DNA of 64,000 bases, taken from Anaeromyxobacteraceae bacterium (GTDB lineage Bacteria; Myxococcota; Myxococcia; Myxococcales; Anaeromyxobacteraceae). Below are positions 1 through 9,106 of this stretch, piece after piece. The stretch's first letter is position 1. Every line of letters begins with the position of its first letter. Where the stretch lies: the NCBI GenBank assembly GCA_047602405.1, contig JASGHJ010000002.1, positions 2,368,001 to 2,432,000 of the forward strand, read 5' to 3'. Under the pieces are notes generated by a model. It worked only from the letters and a program-made list of their open reading frames with translations. It was not told the origin of the DNA and searched no databases. The position numbers and the translations under genes were made by a program.

Positions 1-1807
1 ACAGGATCACGGCGGGCACGAGCGCGGGCCTCAGCGACGGGAGCGTGATGGCCTTGAACTGCTGCCAGCGCGTGGCGCCGTCGACCCGGGCGGCCTCGTA
101 GAGGTCGGCCGGGATCGACTGCAGGGCGCCGAGCGACACCACCATCATGAACGGGAACGAGAGCCAGCCGTTCGTGGCGAAGGCGGTGAGGAAGCTCGTG
201 AACGGCGTCTCGAACCAGCTCAGCGGCGCGATCCCGAACATCGCGAGGACCTGGTTCACCACCCCGAACTGCCGGTGGAACATGCCCTTCCAGATGAGCG
301 CGGTGATGTAGTTCGGCATCGCCCACGGGAGGATCAGCACCACCCGGTAGAAGGGCCGGAGCGCGAGGTCCTTCGTGTTGAGGACGAGCGCGAGGAGCAG
401 GCCGAACGAGACGCCGAACGTCACGTTCGTCACGGTCCAGGCGACCGTGAAGAAGAAGGTCCAGTAGAAGTTGAGGTAGTTCCAGACCGGCGCGCCGTCG
501 GCGCCCTTCGTGATGATCGAGAAGTCGCCGAGGATCTCGAGGTAGTTCTTGAAGCCCACCCAGAGCTCGGAGAAGGGCTTCGACTGGTTCGTGAGCGTCT
601 GCTCGGTGAACGACAGCGCGATGCCGTAGAAGAACGGGAAGAAGACGAGGACCAGCGTCCCGATCATCGCGGGCGCGATGTACGCATAGGCCTGCCGGTT
701 GACCCGCAGCGCCTTCCCGGTCGAGGCGGCGAAGCCGAGGCCGAAGAACGCGAGGAGCGCGAGGCCCGTCACGGCGGCGGCCCACAGCGTGGAGGCGCCG
801 CCGGACGTGAGCCCCGCGAGCTCGCGGGCGGCGCCGGCCGGGTCGAGCTGCCCGGCCCCGGTCAACAGGCCCCGCGGCTGGCGCATGAGGTCCCGGTCCC
901 AGAGGCCGGGCTTCAGCGGCGGCTCGACCGCGACCCCGGCCGCCTGGAGCAGCCCGGTGATCTCGGCCCCGGCGCCCTGCGCCTGCACCGCGATGCGCCC
1001 CTGCGCGGCCTCGCCGGCGGCGGCGAGCGCGCCGCGCGCCGCGAACGCGTGGCCGAGGGCGGCGAGCGCGAAGCACGCGACCGCGGTCGCGACGAGCGGC
1101 CAGCGGCCCCGGACGAAGCGGCCCGCGACGGCGAAGGCGGCGACGCCGGCGAGGATGGCCACGAGGGCCGCCACCGGCGACGCCGGCGGCTGCGCCGGGT
1201 ACGGCGCGGTCGTGAGCTCGACCATGCCGGCCACGTCGCCGTCGCGCTCGAGCGGCGACGCGAGCGAGCGGCTCCCCCCGGCGCCCACGTCGACCTCGAG
1301 CTCCCGCTGCACCGCTCCGCCCTCGCGGTTGGCGTTCACCGAGCCCTTGAGGCGCTGCGCGCGGTCGTAGGTGGCCTTCTCGTCCCTCGAGAGCCGGCGC
1401 GGCGCCGCCTGGTCGCCCACGTCGCCGGGCGCGGTGGAGGCCTCGAGGTGGGCCCCGGAGAGGAGCACGATGCGCGCGTGGGTGCCGGGTGGCTGGGCCT
1501 TCTGCCAGCCGTCGACGGCGGCGCGGAGCTTCTCGCCGTCGTCGCCGGTGCGGGCGGCGAGCTCCGAGAGCGCGCCGAGGGAGACGATGGCGCGCCGGGT
1601 GTCGGCGTCGCGGTCGAGCTGGGCGTGGGCGCCCCGGAGCAGGAGCGCGCCACCGCCCACGGCGACGAGCAGCCCTAGGGCGACGCCCCAGAGGAGGCGG
1701 GCGTAGGCGGTGCGGTCGTCCCTCGACTTCGCGGCTTCGCCGCTGCGCTCGGGACGAGCGGGTTCGGAGGGACCGGACGGACGGGCCGTCACCGGTGAGC
1801 TGGCCAA
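1..1807 (-). CDS. Sugar (maltose/maltodextrin-type) ABC transporter permease, MalF-like; 3' end truncated by the window edge
   Basis: Minus-strand translation gives the EAA loop SIPADLYEAARVDGATRWQQFKAITLP and multiple TM segments; in-frame TTG at 1807 is 5 nt downstream of AGGAGG (alternative GTG at 1792); lies downstream of SBP and ATPase. Confidence 0.85.
   Translation of the reverse strand, partial: MASSPVTARPSGPSEPARPERSGEAAKSRDDRTAYARLLWGVALGLLVAVGGGALLLRGAHAQLDRDADTRRAIVSLGALSELAARTGDDGEKLRAAVDGWQKAQPPGTHARIVLLSGAHLEASTAPGDVGDQAAPRRLSRDEKATYDRAQRLKGSVNANREGGAVQRELEVDVGAGGSRSLASPLERDGDVAGMVELTTAPYPAQPPASPVAALVAILAGVAAFAVAGRFVRGRWPLVATAVACFALAALGHAFAARGALAAAGEAAQGRIAVQAQGAGAEITGLLQAAGVAVEPPLKPGLWDRDLMRQPRGLLTGAGQLDPAGAARELAGLTSGGASTLWAAAVTGLALLAFFGLGFAASTGKALRVNRQAYAYIAPAMIGTLVLVFFPFFYGIALSFTEQTLTNQSKPFSELWVGFKNYLEILGDFSIITKGADGAPVWNYLNFYWTFFFTVAWTVTNVTFGVSFGLLLALVLNTKDLALRPFYRVVLILPWAMPNYITALIWKGMFHRQFGVVNQVLAMFGIAPLSWFETPFTSFLTAFATNGWLSFPFMMVVSLGALQSIPADLYEAARVDGATRWQQFKAITLPSLRPALVPAVIL
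1716..1761. repeat. REP-like palindromic element inside the permease N-terminus
   Basis: TCGTCCC...GCGGC-TTC-GCCGC...GGGACGA nested hairpin; shares GCTCGGGACGA(A/G)CGGG with 58052-58086. Confidence 0.6.
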
Positions 1808-1820
1808 GGAAGCCTCCTGG

Positions 1821-1851
1821 CCCGTCCGTCCCCGAGCCCGGGACGGACGGG
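1821..1851. repeat. Intergenic 12-bp stem hairpin (REP-like or mRNA-stabilising)
   Basis: CCCGTCCGTCCC-7 nt-GGGACGGACGGG perfect inverted repeat just after the SBP stop. Confidence 0.65.
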
Positions 1852-1861
1852 AACGCCGGAC

Positions 1862-3061
1862 CTACTTCTTGTGGAGCGTGGCGACGTCCTTCTCGATCGC
1901 CTTCTGCGCGGTGCCGAGGGCGTCCTTCGGCGCGGTGCCGCCGGCGATGATCTTGTTGAGCGCGGTCGTGGCCGGGCTCCACATCATCGTCATCTCGGGC
2001 AGGTTGGGCATCGGCACCGCCACGTCCACCTGCTTGCGGAACGCGGAGAGCACCCAGTCGTTCTTCACGGCCGCGTCGTCGTAGACCGCCTTCACCGCGG
2101 GCGTCTGCCGCCCCTCGAGCGCCATGATCTTCGCGGCCTCGACGTCGGTGATGAACTTCACGAACTCGAAGGCGGCCTCCTTCTGCTTGCAGGGCGCCGT
2201 CACGAACGCGCCCTCGACCGTCATCCAGGGCCGCATCGGCTGGCCGCCGGCCTCGGTGATCTTGGGCAGCGGGGCGAGCCCGTAGTCGATGTCCTTCGAG
2301 ACCTCGCCCAGGAACCAGGGCCCGGTGAAGACGATGCCGGCCTTGCCCTCGTTGACGAGCGCGGTGATGAGCGCGACCGAGGGCTCCGCGGGCATGAAGC
2401 CGGCCTTCGTCCAGTCGACGAGGAGCTGCATCGCCTTCACGTTCGGCGCGGCGTCCATCGTCGGCTGCGCGCCGGGGCCGAAGACCGCGCCGCCGAAGCC
2501 GTTGATCATCGAGGCCGCGTAGTAGAAGTCGCCGTACGCCCAGGCGAGGCCGAAGCGGCCCGCCGCCTTGTTCGTGAGCTCCTTGCCCACCTTCACGAAA
2601 TCCGCCGTGGTGGCCGGCGGCGTCTTCACGAGCTTCTTGTTGTAGAGCATCGTGATGACCTTGTAGTTGAACGGCAGCGCCCACAGGCTCCCGCGGTAGG
2701 TCAGCGCCTGGACGGTGGTGGGGATGAACTTCCCCTTCACGGCGTCGTCCACGTAGAAGTCGATGGGCTCCACCGTGTTGCCCGCCGCGATCCAGCCGCC
2801 CATCCGGTCCTGCGCGTAGATGAAGACGTCCGGCCCCTTCCCGCGCGGCACGGCCGCCGAGATCTTGTCGGCGAAGGCGTCGAACGGCACCGCGAGCGGC
2901 GAGACCTTCACCTTCGTGGTCGGCTTCGCGTTGTAGGTCGCGACCACCTTCTCGAACGCGGTCTTCTCCGCGCCGCGGTAGGCGTGCCACACGACGAGGT
3001 CCTGCGCCGAGGCGACGCCGGCGAGGGCGAGGCCGAGCACTGCGAGGGCGAGCTTCTTCAT
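1862..3061 (-). CDS. Sugar ABC transporter substrate-binding protein, MalE-like
   Basis: Signal peptide MKKLALAVLGLALAGVASA; GKGPDVFIYAQDR and PNLPEM..W motifs typical of maltose-binding proteins. Confidence 0.9.
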   Translation of the reverse strand: MKKLALAVLGLALAGVASAQDLVVWHAYRGAEKTAFEKVVATYNAKPTTKVKVSPLAVPFDAFADKISAAVPRGKGPDVFIYAQDRMGGWIAAGNTVEPIDFYVDDAVKGKFIPTTVQALTYRGSLWALPFNYKVITMLYNKKLVKTPPATTADFVKVGKELTNKAAGRFGLAWAYGDFYYAASMINGFGGAVFGPGAQPTMDAAPNVKAMQLLVDWTKAGFMPAEPSVALITALVNEGKAGIVFTGPWFLGEVSKDIDYGLAPLPKITEAGGQPMRPWMTVEGAFVTAPCKQKEAAFEFVKFITDVEAAKIMALEGRQTPAVKAVYDDAAVKNDWVLSAFRKQVDVAVPMPNLPEMTMMWSPATTALNKIIAGGTAPKDALGTAQKAIEKDVATLHKK

Positions 3062-3094
3062 GGCGTTCGTGCTCCGGGTTCCGTGGTGAAGACT

Positions 3095-3133
3095 CGATCC
3101 GCCCTTCGACGGGCTCGGGGCGGGCGGAATTCG
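3095..3133. repeat. Intergenic REP-like hairpin
   Basis: TCCGCCC...GGGCGGA stem around CTTCGACGGGCTCGGG, a core shared with 58052-58086. Confidence 0.5.
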
Positions 3134-3134
3134 A

Positions 3135-4226
3135 TCAGTCGCCGATGCGGGCCTGGCTCTCCGCGTCGAACAGGTGCAGCGCGTCGAGCTCGAGCTTCAC
3201 CTCGAGCTTCGCGCCGATGGGCGCCGGGCGGTGCGGGTCCTGCTTGAAGACGAGCGCGTCCTCGCCGGCCTTCGCGTGGACCACCACCTCATCGCCGAGG
3301 GGCTCCGCGATCTCGACCGTGACCGGCACGGTGACCGTCGGCCCGCCCCGGCCGCTCCGGCCCTCGGGCAGCACGTTCTCGGGCCGCACGCCCACCACGA
3401 CCTTCGCGCCGGCCCGGCCGGCGAGCGCCGCGGCGGTGGCGCGCGGGAACGGGATCCGCACGCCGGCGGCCGCGATGGCGCCGCCCTCGATCACCCCGTT
3501 CACGAAGTTCATGGGCGGCGAGCCGATGAACGCCGCGACGAACAGGTTCGCCGGGTGCTCGTACACCTCGAGGGGCGTGCCCACCTGCTGGAGCTTCCCG
3601 GCGTGGAGCACCGCGATGCGGTGCCCCATGGTCATCGCCTCGATCTGGTCGTGCGTGACGTAGATGCTCGTGACCTCCAGGCGGGCCTGGAGCTTCTTGA
3701 TCTCCGCCCTCATCTGGACGCGCAGCTTGGCGTCGAGATTCGAGAGCGGCTCGTCGAACAGGAAGACCGCGGGCTTGCGCACGATGGCGCGGCCGAGGGC
3801 GACCCGCTGGCGCTGGCCGCCGGAGAGCTCCTTGGGCTTGCGGGTGAGGAGCTGGTCGATGGCGAGGATCTGCGCGGCCTCGTCGACGAGCCGGTCCATC
3901 TCCGCCTGCGGGGTCTTCCGGATGCGCAGGCCGAACTCGAGGTTCTCCCGCACCGTCATGTGCGGGTAGAGCGCGTAGCTCTGGAACACCATCGCGATGT
4001 CGCGGTCCTTCGGCGGGACCTCGTTCACGACCTTGTCGCCGATGGAGATGGTGCCGCCGGTCGCGTCCTCGAGCCCGGCCACCATGCGGAGCGCGGTGGA
4101 CTTCCCGCAGCCCGAGGGGCCGACGAGGACCATGAACTCCTTGTCCTTGATCTCGAGGTCGAGCCCCTCGATGACGCTGACCTGACCGAACCGCTTCTGG
4201 ACGTTCTTCAGGACGACTGCTGCCAT
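3135..4226 (-). CDS. Sugar ABC transporter ATP-binding protein (MalK/UgpC/MsiK family)
   Basis: Walker A GPSGCGKS, LSGGQRQR signature, FLFDEPLSNLDAKLR, C-terminal TOBE-like region; ATG at 4226. Confidence 0.95.
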   Translation of the reverse strand: MAAVVLKNVQKRFGQVSVIEGLDLEIKDKEFMVLVGPSGCGKSTALRMVAGLEDATGGTISIGDKVVNEVPPKDRDIAMVFQSYALYPHMTVRENLEFGLRIRKTPQAEMDRLVDEAAQILAIDQLLTRKPKELSGGQRQRVALGRAIVRKPAVFLFDEPLSNLDAKLRVQMRAEIKKLQARLEVTSIYVTHDQIEAMTMGHRIAVLHAGKLQQVGTPLEVYEHPANLFVAAFIGSPPMNFVNGVIEGGAIAAAGVRIPFPRATAAALAGRAGAKVVVGVRPENVLPEGRSGRGGPTVTVPVTVEIAEPLGDEVVVHAKAGEDALVFKQDPHRPAPIGAKLEVKLELDALHLFDAESQARIGD

Positions 4227-4409
4227 CCGAGAGCCCCCGGGTGCGTGCGCGTGTGGGCCGCTTGTAGCACGGGATCCCACGCAGGGCATCGGCCCGAAGG
4301 GCCCGTTCGAGCCTGGACCTGGACAGCATGACGCAGCGCGGCGGGCGCTTCAGCGTCCCTCGAAAAGCGTGAACAGGTGCGGCGATCGGGCGCGCCACGC
4401 GCGACCGCC

Positions 4410-4988
4410 TCAGAGGGCCACGATGGCCCGGTCGACCGCGGACGCGCTCGCCCGCTTCACGCCCTCGAGCAGGCGCGCCACGCCGCCGCCGGCGAGGCCG
4501 TCGGCGACCTCGCGGGCCGCACCGGCGAACGCGCGGCCCAGGCGGAAGAGCTCGTCGCCGCTGGGCTCGCCCGGCGCGCGCTCCTTCGGCCAGATCCGCC
4601 AGCCGGCCTCGGTCCGGCGGAGCACCATCGGCTCGCCCACCGCGAAGCGCAGCACCGCGCGGTCGCCCGCGACGACCAGCCAGGCGGTGTCGACCCGCTG
4701 CAGCTGCAGGGCGAGGCGGTCGGAGGGCTCGGCGCCCGCGTCGAGCGCGACCGAGAGGCTCCGGTCGAGCCGGCGGAGCGCGCCGTAGATCGCGGCGGAG
4801 CCCGCGACGGCCTTCCGCGCGTCCTCGGAGCACGGCGCCACCATCGCGAGCGCGCCCTCGGCGTCGCCGGCGAGGAGCGCGGTCAGGTACGAGCGCGCGG
4901 CGCCGCGAGGCGTGGACAGCTCCCCCGCGTCGGGCGGCTGCACGCCGCCGGTGGCGAGGACGACTGCGAGGACGGTGACGAACGTCAT
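4410..4988 (-). CDS. Hypothetical exported protein
   Basis: ATG at 4988 after GGAG; hydrophobic N-terminus MTFVTVLAVVLATGG; no recognised family. Confidence 0.55.
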   Translation of the reverse strand: MTFVTVLAVVLATGGVQPPDAGELSTPRGAARSYLTALLAGDAEGALAMVAPCSEDARKAVAGSAAIYGALRRLDRSLSVALDAGAEPSDRLALQLQRVDTAWLVVAGDRAVLRFAVGEPMVLRRTEAGWRIWPKERAPGEPSGDELFRLGRAFAGAAREVADGLAGGGVARLLEGVKRASASAVDRAIVAL

Positions 4989-5201
4989 GGCGGACTCCGC
5001 TGCTCGAAGAGGCGACCGGGGACCGCTGGAACCCGCGGTCTTGCGGCCGATCGTGGCCCCTCGATCACGGGACTTGGAGTCCCGTGATCGGGGTCGTGAG
5101 GAGCGGTGCTCCGCCGCGGCACCTCCCCTCCACGTGCACACGGTGCGTGAACGGAGCGGCCGCGTCGTGCGGTGTGGGTGCGGTCGCGATAGAGTCGCCG
5201 C

Positions 5202-5801
5202 ATGGCCACCGCCCCCTACCCGCACCCGCGCACCGGATCGCTCCGCGCCGCGCTCGGGCGCGCCGTGCTGCGGCTCCTCGGGTGGCGGCTCGACGTCACG
5301 CTCCCCGACGGCCCGAAGGGCATCATCATCGTCTACCCGCACACCTCGAACTGGGACTTCCCGGTCGGCTACCTCGCGAAGCTCGCGATCGCCCTGCCCC
5401 TGCGCTGGATGGGGAAGGACTCGCTCTTCCTCGGCCCGTTCGGCGCGATGTTCCGCTGGATGGGCGGCATCCCGGTGAACCGCCGCGAGCGCACCGGCTT
5501 CATCGCCGGGCTCGTGCGGGAGTTCGAGGAGCGCGACTGGCTGTGGCTGGCCCTCGCACCCGAGGGCACTCGCAAGCACACCGACCACCTGAAGAGCGGG
5601 TTCTGGCACCTCGCACTCGCCGCGAAGGTCCCGGTGGGCCTCGCCTACATCGACTGGGGCGAGAAGGTCATCGGGCTGCACCGGTACCTGCCGATGACCG
5701 GGGACGAGGCCGCCGACCTCGCGGCCATCCGCGCGGAGTACCACGGGAAGCGCGGGAAGCGGCCGGGCAACGAGTCGGAGCTGCGCTTCTTGCCCCGCTA
5801 G
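5202..5801 (+). CDS. 1-acyl-sn-glycerol-3-phosphate acyltransferase (PlsC family)
   Basis: HxxxxD (PHTSNWD) and PEGTR motifs. Confidence 0.9.
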   Translation: MATAPYPHPRTGSLRAALGRAVLRLLGWRLDVTLPDGPKGIIIVYPHTSNWDFPVGYLAKLAIALPLRWMGKDSLFLGPFGAMFRWMGGIPVNRRERTGFIAGLVREFEERDWLWLALAPEGTRKHTDHLKSGFWHLALAAKVPVGLAYIDWGEKVIGLHRYLPMTGDEAADLAAIRAEYHGKRGKRPGNESELRFLPR

Positions 5802-5894
5802 GCTCGCACCTCCCTCTCCCCAGCCTGGCCGGGGGCGTGGGCCGGGGTGAGGGGGCGCCCTTATCGCGTGGACCGCCCGTGCCGATGGCCGGGC

Positions 5895-6215
5895 ATGAGC
5901 TCGACCTCCGCCATCGCCCTGTCCGGCCTCGTGGCCGCGAGCACCCGCCTCGACGCCTCCGCGCAGAACGTCGCGAACGTCGAGTCCGAGGGCTACACGC
6001 CGGTCGAGGTGCACGCCGAGGCGCTCCCCCAGGGCGGTGTGCAGGCGCACGTCACCCCCGGCGAGCTCGCCTCCGACGCGGCGCTCGCGGGCACGGTGGA
6101 CCTCACCCGCGAGCTCCTCAACCAGCAAGCCGCGAAGCGCGCCTACGAGGCGAACCTCGCCACCCTCCGCGCCGCCGATCAGGCGGAGCGGCTCGTGATG
6201 GACGTGCTGGGCTGA
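5895..6215 (+). CDS. Short flagellar basal-body rod-domain protein
   Basis: N-terminal IALSGL.A...RLDASAQNVANVES and C-terminal VDLTRELL......YEAN...LR.AD motifs of Flg rod/hook proteins; about 106 aa. Confidence 0.7.
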   Translation: MSSTSAIALSGLVAASTRLDASAQNVANVESEGYTPVEVHAEALPQGGVQAHVTPGELASDAALAGTVDLTRELLNQQAAKRAYEANLATLRAADQAERLVMDVLG

Positions 6216-6221
6216 GCGGGA

Positions 6222-6350
6222 TTACAGCGGCGCCGGCCCGCCGCGCTCCTCGTGATTCAGGAACGCGGACAGCGGCGCGCGCAGGCGCGCCTGCGAGGCG
6301 ATGTGGAAGGCGGCGGCGAAGCGGTTCAGCACGGCGAGCAGCGTGTTCAC
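6222..6350 (-). CDS. Putative 42-aa small protein
   Basis: GGAG-6 nt-GTG start, open to TAA at 6222; GC-rich third positions; TTGACG upstream. Confidence 0.4.
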   Translation of the reverse strand: MNTLLAVLNRFAAAFHIASQARLRAPLSAFLNHEERGGPAPL

Positions 6351-6526
6351 GGCGGTCTCCAGCGGGCAGGCGTGAGTGCCTGCGCGGCGTCCTTATCGAC
6401 CCGGGTGACGGTGCGCGTCAAGGTGACGGCCTCCCACCCCTCGGAAGAACCAAGCCCGGGTCCCGACTGGAGTTTCGCGAAAGGACTACCTGGAGGACTT
6501 GGATCTCCTTCGGTTTCCGAAAGAAT

Positions 6527-6547
6527 AGTCGCGGGGTTGCCGCGACT
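6527..6547 (-). terminator. Hairpin downstream of the PepF gene, possible terminator
   Basis: AGTCGCGG-GGTTG-CCGCGACT inverted repeat followed on the minus strand by ATTCTTT. Confidence 0.45.
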
Positions 6548-6583
6548 CCCTCCGGACCGGCGCGCGCCCTGCCGTACTGGCAG

Positions 6584-8491
6584 TTACTTCTTCTTCGCCT
6601 TGTCCATCCGGGCGAGGATCTTCTCCATCTCGTCCATCGTCGCGTTCATCTCGGCGATGGTCGCGTCGAAGGGCTTCGAGGTGGTCATGTCCACCCCGGC
6701 CTTCTTGAGGAGCTCGATCGGATAATCGTTCCCGCCGGACGCGAGCATCTTCAGGTACGCGTCGCGCTTCGCGGTGCCCTTCCCCGCCGCCGCCTCCTCG
6801 CGGATGCCGCGGGCGAGCGCGGTCGAGGCCACGAAGCTCGTCGAGTACTGGTAGACGTAGAAGGGCCGGTGGAAGTGGGGGATGAAGGCCCACTCGATCG
6901 CGAGCAGGTCGTCCACCTGGCAGACGCCCTTGTCGTGCCCGTAGTAGGCGCGCACGGTGTCGAGGTAGAGCTTCGAGAGGTTCTCGCCCGTCAGCGTCTC
7001 GCCCTTCTCCGCCTTCTGGTGCATCGCGAGCTCGAAGTCGGCGAACTGCGTCTGGCGGAAGAGCGTGCCGCGCGCGCCGTCGAGGTAGTTCCCGAGGAGC
7101 GCCAGCCGGGTCGCGTCGTCCTTCGTCTGCCCCAGCATGTGGTGGAGGAGCAGGTTCTCGTTCAGCGTCGACGCGACCTCGGCGACGAAGAGCGCGTAGC
7201 CCGAGGTCGGGTACGGCTGCGCCTCGTACGCGAGCGCGGTGTGCATCGAGTGGCCCGACTCGTGCGCGAGCGTGGAGAGGTCGTCGTACTGTCCGTTGAA
7301 GTTGAGGAGCTGGTACGGGTGGACGCCGTAGACGCCCGTCGAGTACGCGCCGGAGCGCTTGCCGGTCGAGGGCAGGTAGTCGGTCCAGCCGCTCTCGAAG
7401 CCCTTCGCGAGGCCGTCCTTGTACTTCTTGCCGAGCGGGGCCACCGCCGCGAGCGTGATGGCGCGCGCCTGGTCCGGCTCGAACTTGAGGTCCACCGAGG
7501 CGACCATCGGCACGTAGATGTCCTGGTAGCGGAGCTTCTCGAGGCCGAGCATGCGCTTGCGCAGCGCGAGGTAGCGGTGGAGCGTCGGCAGGCTCCGGCG
7601 CACGTCGGCGACGAGCTGCGTGTAGACCGAGGTCGGGATCGCGTTCGGGAAGAGCGACGCCTCGAGGTTGGAGGCGTAGTGCCGCGCCTTGCGCGTGAAG
7701 CCCTGGGCCTTCACGGTCGCGAAGAGGTTCGCGCCCACGGTGCGCTCGTACTGCTTGAGCGCGCCGAAGAAGGCCTTGAACACGATCTCCCGGTCGGCCG
7801 GGTTGCGGGACTGGCGGTACAGGCCGTACGCGGACTGGTCGAGCCGGATCTCCTTGCCGTCGGAGAGCTTCACGGTCGGCCAGGGGAGGTCGGCGTTCGC
7901 GAGGAGGCCGTACGCGTTCGAGCCCGCGCTCGAGAGGTCACCCGCCTCCGCGACGAGCCGCTCCTCCTGGGCGGAGAGCGTGTGCGGCTTCATGCGGAGC
8001 GTGTCCTCGAGGAAGAAGCGCCAGGGGGCGAGCCGCTTCTCCTCCTTCAGGAACCCCTGCACCTTCGCCGGGTCGAGCGTCAGGATCTCGGGCTGGAGCC
8101 AGGAGGTGGCCGAGGAGAGGTCGGTGAAGAGCTGCTCGGCGCCCTGCCGCATCTCGAGCGGCCCGGAGGCGCGGGTGTCCTCGTCGGAGCGCGAGGAGGC
8201 GTAGACGTAGAGCCGCTCGAGCTCGAGCTGGGCCTTCCAGATCGCGTCGAGGGCCTCGAACATCGAGCCGGCGGACGCGCCGAGCTTCCCCTGGAAGCGG
8301 GCGAGGTCCGGGACCTTCTTCGCGAGCGCGTCGCGCGCCGCGGCCCAGTCGCCCTCGGTGCGGTAGAGCTCCGAGAGGTTCCACTTGTACTTGTCGGGGA
8401 TCTCCGACCGGTTCTGCGCTCTTTGAGAGTCGGCGGCGAAGGCGGGCATGGTGGCGACGAGGGCGAGGAGGACGAGCGGGGTTCGGGCCAT
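6584..8491 (-). CDS. pepF: Oligoendopeptidase F (peptidase M3B) with signal peptide
   Basis: RSEIPDKYKWNL N-terminus, GKRSGAY, TLAHESGHSMH zinc motif, AEVAST, YVYQY. Confidence 0.92.
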   Translation of the reverse strand: MARTPLVLLALVATMPAFAADSQRAQNRSEIPDKYKWNLSELYRTEGDWAAARDALAKKVPDLARFQGKLGASAGSMFEALDAIWKAQLELERLYVYASSRSDEDTRASGPLEMRQGAEQLFTDLSSATSWLQPEILTLDPAKVQGFLKEEKRLAPWRFFLEDTLRMKPHTLSAQEERLVAEAGDLSSAGSNAYGLLANADLPWPTVKLSDGKEIRLDQSAYGLYRQSRNPADREIVFKAFFGALKQYERTVGANLFATVKAQGFTRKARHYASNLEASLFPNAIPTSVYTQLVADVRRSLPTLHRYLALRKRMLGLEKLRYQDIYVPMVASVDLKFEPDQARAITLAAVAPLGKKYKDGLAKGFESGWTDYLPSTGKRSGAYSTGVYGVHPYQLLNFNGQYDDLSTLAHESGHSMHTALAYEAQPYPTSGYALFVAEVASTLNENLLLHHMLGQTKDDATRLALLGNYLDGARGTLFRQTQFADFELAMHQKAEKGETLTGENLSKLYLDTVRAYYGHDKGVCQVDDLLAIEWAFIPHFHRPFYVYQYSTSFVASTALARGIREEAAAGKGTAKRDAYLKMLASGGNDYPIELLKKAGVDMTTSKPFDATIAEMNATMDEMEKILARMDKAKKK

Positions 8492-8677
8492 TTTGGCGTG
8501 GGCTCCAGGTTGACCGAGGGGTGACACGTTCACGGAGACCGCGGGTGGAGCCGCGTGACGCGGCGGGGCAATCTATCGCCCTCCGCCCCCGGCCGCGGGA
8601 CGAAATCCCACACCCCAGCAGGGTGGCGTCCGGCCACGGGCCTGTTAGGCTGCGCGGGGAGAGAGGACCGACGCCGC

Positions 8678-9106
8678 ATGGAGACGACCGCATCGCGAGA
8701 GACGACGTGGGATCCCGCCCTCGAGACCGGGCACGCCGAGATCGACCGGCAGCACCGCTCCCTGTACGCCTGCGCCGACCGGCTCATCCAGGCCATCCAG
8801 CGCCAGCAGGGCGCCGCCGCCGTGGCCGACGCCATCCGCTTCCTCCGGGGGTACGTGCGCGAGCACTTCGAGGCCGAGGAGGCCCTCATGCGCGAGCACG
8901 CCTACCCCGAGCGCGAGTTCCACGTCGGCCTGCACGAGCGGATCCGCCGCCGGCTCGACGAGGTGGTCGCCGTCTACGAGCGGGACGGCGGCTCGGAGGC
9001 GCTCCTCGGCGACGTCGAGGCGATGATGCGGGGCTGGCTGTCCCTCCACATCGGCGAGAAGGACCGCGCGCTCGCCGACTTCCTGCACCGGCAGGGCGCC
9101 CGTTGA
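8678..9106 (+). CDS. Bacteriohemerythrin
   Basis: W...LETG...ID.QH, HFEAEE.LM...YP....H...H, WL..HI...D iron-ligand pattern. Confidence 0.92.
   Translation: METTASRETTWDPALETGHAEIDRQHRSLYACADRLIQAIQRQQGAAAVADAIRFLRGYVREHFEAEEALMREHAYPEREFHVGLHERIRRRLDEVVAVYERDGGSEALLGDVEAMMRGWLSLHIGEKDRALADFLHRQGAR

Noticed and set aside
5810..5856. CCCTCTCCC...GGGGTGAGGGG REP-like remnant
   Set aside because: Single degenerate copy with weak pairing; cannot be supported without a genome-wide search
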